Of a stretch of 64,000 nt of DNA, positions 51,568 through 64,000 are shown in pieces. Origin of the DNA: Lama glama. Its lineage: Eukaryota. The position numbers were made by a program, and so were the translations under genes. A model generated the notes under the pieces. That model was not told the origin of the DNA. It did not search any database and saw only the letters and a list, made by a program, of their open reading frames with translations. Within the stretch, counting starts at the first letter, position 1. Each line of letters opens with the position of its first letter. Where the stretch lies: the NCBI GenBank assembly GCA_028534125.1, contig CM052818.1, positions 14,758,001 through 14,822,000 on the forward strand. Reading direction: 5' to 3'.

Positions 51568-52499
51568 TTTGGGAACTGGTTATTTTCTGAGCAGGCTTTA
51601 AATCAGATTCTAAAACCTTCTCAAACTTCACAAACTACTCAATATGCTCTCATTAAATCCCTTTCCTGCTGAGGCTAATCAGAATTGGTTTCTATTATGC
51701 CCCCAAAAGAGCCCAGGCTGGTACCATCAGAGACATTCCTCTAGGGGTCACCAATAAGGAAACTTAACACCATGACCACACTTTGTCTCCATTTACCTCT
51801 GTTCAGGAGTCTTATTCCCAAGGGAGCAAAACCAAGTTTCCAGATTAGATCACATGCCCACTCCTGTGGTCAGAAGACTGAAGTCCTATGATTGGCAGCC
51901 CGACCAGAACCACTCGGATTGGGAAAGGGACAGTTCACTCAAAGTAACGAGGCAACTGCTTTTACCAGAGGAAGGAGGAAAATAATACTGGCCAGTCAAG
52001 ACCAACAGATTTTTATTAATTTCATATTTCAGAGACATAAAAGACATCTTCATATCCATGAGCCAGATTGCCAAAATAAAAAAATAATAAGGAAATTCCA
52101 GTTAAATATGGCAGATTAACTAGATGTGTTTGTCTCTTTTTTTTCCCCTGAAATCCCATCAAAAAATGGTATAAGCCTTAAAGACAAATAGGAAATGAAT
52201 ATTGGCAGACAAAAACAAAAACAAACTTTTTAAAGAAGAATGGTAAGAAACACCGCTGAGCAAAAGAAGCTAAAACTTAAGTATCCAAAGAGGTGGGTAC
52301 CAAAAAGGAGGCAGCCAGTTTACCACACAGACATTCAGAAAGGCTGAGGACTTCAAAGCACGAGCACTTCCTACACATAAAAGAAGCATTATGTACCTCA
52401 TTATTAAATGTGGTTGTATAGACAATTTGATAAAATTCTGTCTTGTAAATATAAAAGATACTTAAACAAATAAATTAGTATACTCTACTCATCTCCAGA

Positions 52500-53420
52500 G
52501 AAACCTTTAGACTATTAAAAACATAAGTGGATAACTAGTGACTGCCAGACACTGAGGAAAACCTTCAACATTAACAACAAATCCCAGAGGAAACAAAGAT
52601 AAAACAAGGAACAGAACAAAACCTTATTTAAAACTATAATTGATATCATCAGAGACAGAAAAGAGGGTATTGTATTTATGAAACAAGAGGAGGATGATTG
52701 TTTTAATAAAGAAACTATCAGAACAAGAATAAGTTTATGGAAATTAAAAACATGGCTATAAAACACATAAAACCCATTATTTAATCTAAATTATTATATC
52801 CAAAATTTAATCTATTAAAGGATTAGAAGATACAAGTAAGGAAATCTTCTAAAAAGTAAAACCAAAAGATAAAAAGATGGACAATGAGAGGGGAAAAATA
52901 AGATGCTTAAATAATCACTACAGAATGTCTTAACATCTGACTGATAGGACTTCCAGAAAGTGAAAACAGAAAAGAAAAAAAAAAAGGAAAGCAATCAAAG
53001 AAAATATCCCAGAGCTGAAAAACATGCCATTTAGACACGCAGTCTCAGATATAAAAAAGCCCACTAAGTGACCACCCCCATGAATCAAAAAAGACTTAAC
53101 CTACAAATCACAGAATAAAATTTAAGGATACTAAGAATAAACTTAAAACTTCTTGGGGACTGGAGGAGGAGATAATTACATAAAAAGGATCAGTAATTAG
53201 GCATCAAAATTCTTGATAGCAATGGAGTTCAGAAGTCAATGAAGCAAAGTCTCTCCAGCTCTGAAGGGAAGCTATTTTCACCCTCGGGTTCTATTCCTAC
53301 CCTTAAGTAACAACCAACTACGAGGGTAAACGTGTAAAGACATTCAAGTACTCTTTCTCAGGAAACTACTGAAGGACAGGTTCCAGTGAAATGAGGGACC
53401 TAACCAAAAAGGAGAAAATA
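52500..53420 (+). mobile_element. Ancient LINE-1 (L1ME/L1M5-like) ORF1-region remnant
   Basis: A-rich stretch with degenerate ORF1-region motifs (ctaacatctgactgataggacttccagaaag, cccagagctgaaa, ctgaagggaa). Confidence 0.55.
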
Positions 53421-56400
53421 TAGAAGCTGGGAAACAGGGACTGCTCACACATAAAAGGGGAAAGGGACTTCAGTCCTGGGATGAAAATTTAGGTAGCAAC
53501 CAGTCCAGACAGGAGCGGGAGGACAGAGATAATCAACAGACTATCTGAAATGTTAAATGTAGTATTGGTAAGCATCTGAAAATCAAATTAAACATTTGGT
53601 TAGATTAACAGAAAACTGATAAGCTGAAAAACTAGGAAATTTTCAACTCCAAAGAAAACAAACTGTTGTACAGTGAAGGAAAAGTAGTGAAAGTACTACT
53701 TTTAACTGGCTTACCAATGACCAACACAAAATAATGTAAATACTAAATATTGAATTAACTAGAAATTAGACTAGGATTATATTAAGAGGATAGGGGAAGA
53801 AATGTATATGTGTGTGTGTGTGTGTAATTAATAGACAAAATCTAAAATTATAAGCCAAGAAATAGTAGTATAGCTATAGGCATATTATATCAGGAAAAAC
53901 TGCCAAAGGCCTAAAAGCCTCAGCTGGGTGGAAAGAGAAAGCACTGCCTTTTTTTTTTTTTTTAATATAAGCTTTTTAGCATTATTTAATATTCTGTATA
54001 ACTTTTTTCTCATGTTTTTACGATGAAGTTTAACAGTACAGAAGAGTCACATGAACTTCATGGGTCTTCCCCCCCCAATATCTATTAATGTATAACTTTG
54101 ACTATTAAAAAATTATACTGCCCCCCCCAAAAGAACCAATGAGAATAAATCCAGAGATAATTCATGTTTTGCCTTGCATCATGCATTAATGCCAACACTC
54201 AGTTCAAATTCTCTTCAGAGAACCAACATTTGCTGAATTAAAAAAAAAAAAACTCATTGGGGTTCATATCCTCTGTCTCCCTCAGAGACCAATATTTGAA
54301 TTTTCAAAGATTGCATTTGAAATATTTCAAATACTGAATTACTCACAAGGGAAAAAAACATTCTCTTCTATTTCCTGTGTGTGATTAGTGAATATTCCAG
54401 AGCATTAAAATTTGATTTAAAAACATTTGTTTTCCAAATGTTCATTCATTTTTCATACCACCTCTGTATGGCATTTGATAACCAAATGAAAGCCTCCCTT
54501 GCTCTGTTCTGCTTAGCCTGGTTCTCCCTTAATCCCCTCTAAGATCATGACTCTATTACATCATTCAGGGTCTTCTCTACTCTAACTCGTAATTTATGTG
54601 AGTAATTCCTACGTTTCATCTTATAAATTGCCAAACATTCAGTATTCTATAAACAAGAGTTATTGTGTATATTTTTGCTAACAACAAATATATATATATA
54701 TATATATACTACAGTAAAGAAGTTTTTAAATTCAGAACCTATTAACAATCTAGGTCTTAAATGCACTTTTAGCATAATAAAATACACTTTTCTGATTGAC
54801 CAAATAAAGTTTGTCTATGACTATGTGACAGAATAGAACTAAGAACTGAATTATTCAAACATAGACTCAATATTCCTTTTTTTTTCTTTTTTAAAAAAAT
54901 ATTCATTCCTTTACATGGGCATTTTTTCCTTAGAATGTTTCTACCTGATAAATTCTGACATACTGAGGATAATTTTACACACTAAAACCTTCTGAGGAAA
55001 TATAACGGGGACATATTCATTAAAATTTAGTATTTATGTTGAAGGATCACTTTAGCAAATTGCTGATTTTAAGAAAATGATTGAGAGGCAAATAAAATAT
55101 TTTCCAACCACGGTTCTTCACTCATAATTGTGATTTCGCAAAAAACAAACTCTGGTACTGTATGGATTTATAGCTGGAAAATAATATATGCGATGTATAG
55201 CAGGAAAACAAAGGTGAGAACAGTAAGAAAAATTTCATCACCAGGAAACCCCTAGGGGCAGGTTGTTTAGTTATCTCATGAAATCAGTTAATCTAGACAA
55301 TATAGTTTATGGTTCAAGTTAAAATTCATATGCTTTCCCTATCAACCCATTACTTAGGGGAGAAGGGGATACACTAGAAAGCATTTTTACCTAAATTATT
55401 TGGATAATGGCTATAATTTCCAATGAATTTGCAAATGGAATTAATTGTTCAGTGTAAAGAAGGTTTTGGTAATTATTTGTCAGACACTGTTCCCTTGTAT
55501 TCTTAATGCAGGAATCAATCAATATAGTAGAAAACTGTTAAAGAATAGGTTGCAGATGGCAACTAAAATGCCTTCAGGCACAACATGCAATATACTTACT
55601 AATTTTTGAATAAAAAATCTAGACCCAGATAAGCAGAAATGCTTTAGGGAGAAAATAATGAATAACGTGAAATCAGAATGGTCTCAGAAAATCCAAAATG
55701 TGTCATTGAAAATATACATCATTATAAACACAGAGGGAGACATTATTCAGTGAAAGAATAAAATGAGAGTTCATTGAATGTTTATTTAATCATCTAGAAC
55801 TTAACTACATATTCTCAGCATTTTTTTAAAAAAGAGAAATAGAAATGTAAGTACAGACAGTTATGCTTCTGTTAACCTCAATGAACATGTGCCCTTACTA
55901 ATGGATGTGATCCAACCTAAATTGGTCTATTGATGCTGACAAACCTGTGGAAAGAATGTATGATTTTATTAGAATGGTATACTTGACCGTGAGTAAAGGA
56001 GTCAGAAGCATCACCCACATCATCAGGCCATGAGTGGTGATATCTCTGCTGCCTCTCAGGTTGACGGATGACTAGTTCTACCAGTGAAACTCTCTAACAA
56101 TACACTGGTTCCCTTCTCTAATAATACACTCATCCTTTTCAAAGCAGGGCTTCTTTCTGTGATCAAGCTGATAGAAGAAGGCCGGCTCTTTTTCCTTGTT
56201 CCCTGAACAACCTTTCCAAACGGATCTCTCTCTGGAAGTCTGTTACATTAATCCGGAAAGAGCACATATTTTGGAATCAGAGGGATCTAGATTTAGATAA
56301 TTTACTTAACTTTCCTGAGCTTCAGTTTCTATGTCTATAAAATGAGAGAAATAATATTAGCTACATGATATGTATGAGGTACTATATCTGCACTATCGGC

Positions 56401-58054
56401 CTATGTGCTTCTCACAATACATGCTATGGAGTACATATTTAAGTTTAGTTTGTGCCCACTTATTCTCTATTTGACTTCAGAATTAGACTCATGCCTAATT
56501 CTTAGAAGCTTTGTTTTCTCTCCCAGATTAGACTTCTGGGTGCATACAATTAGTTGAACAGATGTGTCTAGTATGCTTTGGCCACCATGTAATGTATGGA
56601 GGAGAGAGTGGTTGGGAGAACAGGTTTCGGTGAGTTCAAATTCAACCTCCATCACATACTAACAGTATATCTTTGGGAAATTTAGTCAACCTCTCGGAGT
56701 CTCTATTCTTCATTTGTGAAATAGAATAGTGCTTTTTCTAGCTAGCTAGCAAAGATGTCAGAATGCTTCATAAACAATAGAATATTATGCAAATGTAAAT
56801 TATTGGTTTATTACCATAATTATTATAATGGAATTACTACAAATAATACTTAATTTTTATTATTCTTGATTTAGAAAAAAGAGGTTATCTTCTTTAAGAA
56901 AAACTAGTTATTGCATAGCCAGCTTCTTCTTATACTGAGAAAAAAAGATGAAGTTAATAAATATTTAAGTAAACAATATATACCAGTCAGAGGATGAAAA
57001 TATAGCTTCTAGTCTGAGTGCTAACACTAACAATTTCTTGGACAAATTGCCCTAATTTATTTATTTTCTTATCTCTAAAATAATTCCTACCATAGATTAC
57101 TTTGAGGACAAATATGGAAAAGCAATGGGAGAGAGGTCAAATCCTTTAAATAAAAGTCTCTCGGATTCAGATGAGTCATTTGTTCCTTGTTATTTGAGCA
57201 ATCATCTCACCTTGCTTATACACCTTGGTTTATGATTATCATATGACTACTGTAGATATAATCCTCAGAGATTTATCGATGTGGTAGGGTTAACTGAGGA
57301 AATCTTTAAGAAACATTGGAGGACTTCAGCTTCCCTTTTTAATTAGAGCATGATTAACAAACAGTACTGTTATGTTAAGACTATTCAAACCACAGCCAAG
57401 TAAAATCCAGAAACTAAAATCACCCATTATCTGCAGCATAAGAGAAACAGAACATTCAAGAAATTTAAAGTAAGATCAATTTGTCAGCAGAATCTCTTAA
57501 GAACTTTAAACCTCCTTTTCAGACCCAGGAAATTTTCTTTAAAAGAGAAACTTAGAAATGCATTTTTGGCAGGAATCAGAAAGAAGCAAAGGAAGATTTT
57601 TTTTTTGTATTAATGCCCAATCTAGAAACTATCTGGCTATTATGCCATTTTTAAGTGCCAAGCTCAACGAAAAGAAGCTGAATTTTACATCTTGGTGTAA
57701 GTACTACTGCCCAGAATAATTTATCTTATTTCACTCTAAGCAGAAGCCTAACAAACGTTTTGAACATTTATGGGCCCCAGGTTACAATGAGTACTCAGTA
57801 CCTGCCCCTTCATCTTACAGGAAACTCCCTTTGTTAGAACTCTGCCTTTAGCTACAAGCCAGATCTAAGGTCTGGGGTCTGAGTTATTGGTTAGCGTTTC
57901 TATATGGATTTGCTCCCCGACCTAGAGAGCCTGGGCCAGCATCCTCATCAAGTTTCCTGACAGGAAATTGCTTTTTTCTCTTTCTTGAAATGAGATTTAA
58001 TAAAAGACCAAGAACACCTGTCCTTTTCCCAGTGAGAACGGACTTTAATTAGTC

Positions 58055-59191
58055 ACAGTCAAATCAAGAGCAGAAACAACAGAGTAATTTAAACAGGGAA
58101 GCTTACTATAAAGAATTATTGAGCAATGATAGGAGAGTAACTATAAAGAAGGAACGAGAGCTCAATGGGTGCTGAAGAACTGAGGGGAAGAACAAAAAAA
58201 AGAGAAAGTTGGAGGAGGTCAAACGTTAAAGTTCATTGAAGAAGTTATGGTCACAGTAGTGTACATAAAATCTAATGGGGGGGTATAGCTCAGTGGTAGA
58301 GCATGTGCTTAGCATGCATGAGGTACTGGGTTCAATGTTCAATACCTCCATTAAAAGAAAAAAACTTTTTAATCTAATAAAATCTTTAAAAAAAAGAAGA
58401 AGAAGAAGAAGAAGGTATGGTCACAGCCCACTTGATGGCAGAGAAGATGCCTAGGTGAGAGATGGCCCAGAGTTGCCAGGAAGGCACAAACAACCTCCTG
58501 GGCACAGGCCAACCAGAGCCAGTGGGCAGGCTGTGTGTGCAGAGGGAAACAGGGGGCAGGTGAATCAGAGGGCCACTGCAGGTGTGAGGCTGGAATGAAT
58601 AATGTCCATGTCAGGACAGCCACGTGAAACAATTCTGTGGGGCACAGGTGAAATGAACCTAATTGGTGGGTGCACAGAGGGAGCTGGGCTGCCATTGAGA
58701 CCAGGACCTGGAGAGGCCCCTCTACAGGAACCTAGCAAACCTCTGCGTATAGCTTGGGACAGAGCAGCTCTGACCCACAGAATAGGATGAAGGCTGAGCA
58801 TCTAGCTCACTAGACAGGCAGCCCAGTGGGAGTCCCAGTATGCCCATACAGAGCAGCAACCTGGCCTGGGGTGAAGGCTGTGCTGTCTGAGGCTCCCAGC
58901 CACACTGCTGTGGTTTATCACAAGAACTGAAGAAAGCACACAGGAAAAGCTACACAATACAGGACCTTAGCACTGAGCTGGGCAATGGGAAAGGAAGCAT
59001 GCTCCTCAGTACCAAGCCATCAAAACCAAGAAGGAAAACCCCTCTTTCTCCTTTATTGGCTCCCTCCAGCACCCTCTACTGACAAAACATTGTGCCAGCT
59101 GCCAAAGGAAAAATATTTACAGGGCCCAGACCTGTTTAAGCAGACTAGTTAATGAAGGGGGTTGAGAAGCAACAAATTAATAATGAACACA
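58055..59191 (-). mobile_element. Ancient ERV LTR remnant (LTR78-like), hosting the SINE at 58277
   Basis: ccctccagcaccctctactgacaaa..gtgccagctgccaaagg...aattaataatgaacaca terminus. Confidence 0.45.
58277..58370 (+). mobile_element. tRNA-Ala-derived SINE (Vic-1-like)
   Basis: ggggggtatagctcagtggtagagcatgtgcttagcatgcatgagg...ctcca plus A-rich tail. TSD aatctaat at 58269-58276 and 58371-58378. Confidence 0.87.
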
Positions 59192-59499
59192 TTCTCCCTC
59201 TGGCTGAAGCCCTCCATTCAATCAAACCTCCCCAGTAAATTGCCCTCTCTGCTGTCCCCTAGAATTTAACCTGTCCCGTGTGGCACCTGCTTCCATCAGC
59301 TCCCCAATAATTGATCATCTAACCTGCTCCTCTAGCCATTTACAGTTGGATGTATCAGTAATCTCTCCACAGCCCCTTTTGAGGGTAGCTCATAATTGTG
59401 AGCCAGTGGAGCTCTGGTGAAAGACACAGTATTGCATAGCTCTTTAAAGCAATTTATTAAGAGCAATCAAAAATTATTTAAAAATTGGATTGGAGATTA

Positions 59500-61135
59500 G
59501 ACAATTTTTAAAGTGATGAGATTGTTCTGTATGGCACTGGGATGGTATATATATGACTATGCATTTTTCAAAACCCATGGAACTCTGTACATTACAAAGA
59601 GTGGATTTTAATGTATGTGAATTTTAAAAATTAACTAGGATGTTAGAGGTTTGCAGAATGGAATATAAACTGTGAGAAATAAATCTAACTGTATTACAAA
59701 TGCATGGCATATTTGCAGCAACATGGATGGACCTGGAGATCGTCATTCTAAGTGAAGTAAGCCAGAAAGAGAAAGAAAAATACCATATGATATCACGCAT
59801 ATGTGGAATCTAAAAAGAAAAAGAAAAAAGAGGACACTAATGAACTCATCTATAAAAGAAACAGACTCAGAGACATAGTAAACAATCTTATGGTTACTGG
59901 GGAAAGCGGGTGGGAAGGGATAAATTTGGGAGTTTGAGACTTGCAAATGTTAACCACTATATATATATAAAAGATTAAAAACAAATTTCTTCTTATAGCA
60001 CAGGGAACTATATTTAATATCTTATAATAACCTTTAATGAAAATGAATATATGTGTATATATATTCATATATATACCTGGGACATTATGCTGTACACCAG
60101 AAATGGACACATTGTAACTGATTATACTTCAATTAAAAAAGAATTTTAAAAAAGGAAAGGTATATATATGTATAAATGAATCACTGTGCTGTACAGAAAT
60201 TAACACAACATTGTAAACTGACTATACTTCAGTTAAAAAAAAGATGGGCTGAGATTAAAAAAAAAATGTCATAAACTTTTTGAAAGGGATGGGAAGGAGC
60301 TGACCTAAAATTACTTTGAAAAATGAAATCTTGACTACATACTGTAAAGCTAAAGATAAAAAGAACTGTATATAAACACTGTGCTCTAATAAGTAAGTTA
60401 GTTTCTTATAGGGATACAGGTTAAGAATTCTGAAAGTAAACAAGTTTATTATACTGTATAGCACAGAGAACTCTATTCAATATCTTGTAGTAACCTATGA
60501 TGAAAAAGATTGTGAAAATGAGTATATATATGAATATGTATGACTGAAACATTATGCTGTATACCAAAAATTGACACATTATAAACTGACTATACTTCAA
60601 GAAAAAAAAAATTCTGAAAGTACTTTACATCTATACTAGGGTTGAGCAAATGATAAATGACAGATAATAAGATACAAGTTTCTCACAGTAAGAGGAAAAA
60701 GTTACAAATAAACAGAGGAGAAGCTAGAATGAATCCTGTGATACTAAGTTAGATTTGGGGACATTAGCATAAACTTATGTTTAATTTAAATGATTTGGAT
60801 AGATAGTAGAGAGATAGATAACTTTAGATACGTGTGTATACACGGGAATACATGCATGTATTTCCCAGCTCTGTCCCCTCAACAGCACTGGGCACACCTG
60901 TGCCCAGATCTTGGTTTCTAAAAACCATTCTCCAATAGGCAGAACAAAGGCTCCTTGGGGAAATGGGTGAGTCTAGGGTGCAGGCAGAGAAGATATAAGA
61001 TGGGCTTGGAGAAAAGTATGCTGCCAGAAAGTAATCAAGTGCCCCGATAACAAAAGGGACAACTGGAGCAAATCTGAAAGAGCTCCCAATGGCCAAAGAT
61101 GGAAAAATCTGGACAAGCATGCTATTCTGAGATGT
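59500..61135 (+). mobile_element. Old L1MC/MD-like element interrupted by three younger L1 3'-end insertions
   Basis: Three cattgtaa(a)ctga.tatacttca-poly(A)-type termini ending at ~60140, ~60242 and ~60610. The last has TSD aattctgaaagta (60426-60438 and 60610-60622). Confidence 0.8.
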
Positions 61136-63034
61136 GGAGATGAATTTTTTTTTTAAATATATCATTAAAAGTGGAAAGTGGTTGCTCCTGGAGAGTAAGA
61201 AGCAGTAGAGGGGCAGGAGCTGTTGTTTGTTGTTAAAAGCCTTGGAAAATAATTTGACACTTTAAACCATGTCCATGTTGGCTTTTAGAGCTTTGAAAGA
61301 AAAATTTTGAAACTACATTAAAAATAACAAACAAACAAAAAAAGAAGACTGTGGAGCTAATAAGGGAAGATTTTGACAAGAGAGGGTTTTGTTTGATTGC
61401 TATGTTTTACTAAAATAGGAGACACAGCCAGTTTGCATGCGGATAGAAAGCCAGTAGAGAGAAAGGATAACTACAGGGAAGAGAAAGAAACAGTTGATTA
61501 AGGTAAGTGTCTGAGAAGGAGAGGCAATCTGACAGTTTCTTGTGAGGATTCACAGATGAATGGGGATGGCACTAGTAAGTGCCATTATTTCTAACCTATC
61601 TCAGGACAGAGATTGACACATGTTGAATCTCAGAAAACCTCTGTCCTGGTCCCCCTCACTTCTTGCTGAGTCCTGAGGTGCACCCACCCTTGCCTGGTAC
61701 GGGGTGCTCTCCCTGAAAACGTCATAGGCAAGTCTGTCACTTCCTTGTCAGTGTCTACACTACTTAACTATAGAGATTTGGCCACTGAAGGCCTCCAAAA
61801 AAAAAAAAAAGCAAGATATATATTAGTATACTTAATGCCACTGAACTGTACACTTAAAAATGGATGCAATGGTAAATTTTATGTTGTGTAGGTTTTATCA
61901 CAATAAAAAAATTTTTAAAGCAAGATATAAAACTAGGGAGTCATCCCTAAATCGACAGCACTGTATTTATCAGATTATCTTTAGTGATGGAGGGAAGCCC
62001 AAAGTTAAAATGTTTAGAGAGAGGTGGAGACCAATTTTGCCTTCACATTTAACTATGGTTCTAGTCTTGTTTGGAAAGAAAGAACTCACTTCCCACATCA
62101 CAGGGGCAATTCTGTCTTCCTAACAATCGAAGAGTTTTCTTCTAGAACTATGACTCAGCTCTCTGGGGGAGAGTTCCTTATCACAGTATGGCAGCAATGA
62201 TATTTACACTAAGCTGAGGTATTTCCACTAAGTAGAGTGGACATAGATATATTTAATATATTAAAACCTTTTTTAAGAAATCTATTTCACATTTTAAAAA
62301 TTTGTTCTCAACTTCACAAATAGTTTAAAAAGGACTGTCAGAGACTACTTTTAATTATAATAATAAGCAAGGAGTTAATAGGGGGTATTCACTCAGAATG
62401 GAAGAAAATGCTTCCACTCAGCCTTATTTCCACATTTCATTCTGCACTTAGTCCAAATCATATTCTAATACAATGCAATCAATTTATTCATGACAAGTGA
62501 TAATTAGAATGTAGTCCTAGCAAAACGGGTCTGGCGATCTTTTTGATTTGCACCTTCTTTGTTTGGGAATATTGCATTAAATAACTGTATGGCAAATAAA
62601 ATGACTTGGCAGGCCCACGCAGAGAAGGAAGTATTCTCAGAAGCAAGTTGCCTTTATATGGGCATATTTCTACATTCTAAAATAATGTCTCCATTATCTT
62701 GGTTAGAGTTCAACTCCTTTAAATCTATAAGAAATATGCGATGCATGAGTGTATGTGATGATTCACAGATTTGAAATAACACCTACTCTCCTTTGGTTCT
62801 GGCACAAAATGTGTCAGTGAAGCCTGCAATTAAGAAAATTATCTTGGCCTATCTTGCCACAAGGATGGTGACATCAATATACGCATCCAGAGCAGAAATG
62901 TGTTAGCAAAAATGAGTTTAGAAAACAGTTCTATTCCAGCAATGGCTGGTGCCTTGGTGCCTTTGCCATGTCATCTAAACTTCTGACATTAATAACATTA
63001 ATAATATTTACTAAATACTGCTGAGTTGTTTCTT

Positions 63035-63185
63035 TTAGTCATCAGAACAGCCCCATGAGATAGGTACTGTCATGGCTCCTATTTTACAGATGAAGAGAGG
63101 TTAATAGGTTGCCCAAGAGCATACTCTTAGCCACTGGTAGAGCCTGGATTTGAACCCAGATCTCTCTGACTCAGATGTTCACTCT
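63035..63185. mobile_element. MIR SINE
   Basis: ccccatgagataggtactg...attttacagatgaag...ggtagagcctggatttgaacccagatctctctgactc. Confidence 0.75.
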
Positions 63186-63191
63186 TTTGAT

Positions 63192-63365
63192 CAGGACTGG
63201 CTATATAATTTGAAGAGCCCAGTGCAAAATGAAAATGTAGGGGCCTCTATTCAAAAATTATTACTTTCAAGATGGTGGTGCCAAGGCATTAACCCAATCA
63301 CAGGGCCCTTCTAAGCACAAGGCCCTGTGTGGGCACACAGGCTACACAGCCATGAGCTGGCACTG
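63192..63365 (-). mobile_element. MER45A-like hAT element
   Basis: caggactggctatataatttg...gcccagtgcaaaatgaaaatg...gggcccttctaagc...ggccctgtg...gctggcactg. Confidence 0.8.
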
Positions 63366-64000
63366 CTCTTACCATACCACTGCCCTCCATTGTGTCCTTC
63401 ATCCCCATGCCTCAACCGAGTTCAGCAAATATTTTGTCCAAGCCACAACTCCACCATAAGAGGTCCTGCCTGGATTCCTGAAGGACATATGTCTGGTCTG
63501 GAGACAAACAACACTTATGTCTCAGTCAGTCCTTTCACTAGATTTCACATTATGCTCAAGAGCAGAAAGTATCCCCTAATTTTATGAGTTTTGAATATCA
63601 ACCTTCTCTTTGGTCCCTAACACCTCCCTTTTAATTAGTCTTTTCCCCTCTTTTAAAAAAATAAGTAACTCAGCCATTTCCACTGCAATTTCAAGCATAT
63701 AATATTTGCTTCTTCCTGCTGTGAGTATTTGCAGCAGCTTTCCCCTAATGATGGGACAAGGCCTCAGATCGTTGTAATTGCAGGGTCCTGATTCATGAGC
63801 CCTTTGCCTCTCTGGATCTCCTTTTGAAGATCCTTCCAAACCTTTCACTTGGCACCTTCATTCAGATGGAATGTCTGGAGCTTGGTGGATGGCATGTTTT
63901 AGGGTAAACCTTTTACTGTCCAACACATATCTTGAGAACAAAGGGAGTCTGTTTGCAGTGTTTATAGAGTAATTGGGGCATGCAGGTTACATTTGTAGGG

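Noticed and set aside
28203..58370. Possible tRNA-Ala(AGC) genes
   Set aside because: Stems are broken and the copies have poly(A) tails and TSDs, so they are SINEs.
1..64000. CRISPR-like array, operon or other prokaryote-type system
   Set aside because: No regularly spaced repeat-spacer array and no dense coding. The window is mammalian intronic and intergenic DNA.

Overview
Mammalian genomic DNA, most likely a camelid: five copies of a tRNA-Ala(AGC)-derived SINE match the camelid Vic-1 family as I recall it. The only gene I can support is the 5' part of ACYP2 (muscle-type acylphosphatase) on the minus strand. It has a CpG-island promoter (~15.3-16.0 kb), coding exon 1 (15608-15665), a 17-nt microexon carrying catalytic Arg23 (3492-3508) and a 110-nt exon (1899-2008). 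The last coding exon lies beyond the left edge. The spliced frame reads [61 protein letters not shown](M). A 500-N gap (18253-18752) separates the gene from ~45 kb of upstream, repeat-rich non-coding DNA (L1, L2, MIR, MaLR/ERV LTRs, Tigger/MER DNA transposons, SINEs). I found no prokaryote-style novel system. The best leads are regulatory features of ACYP2: an in-frame upstream ATG adding a 28-aa presequence-like peptide, NRF1/ETS motifs in the CpG island, a hairpin covering the exon-1 donor, and a frame-shifting microexon with nearby QKI/RBFOX motifs. Repeat family names come from recalled consensus sequences, not a database search.
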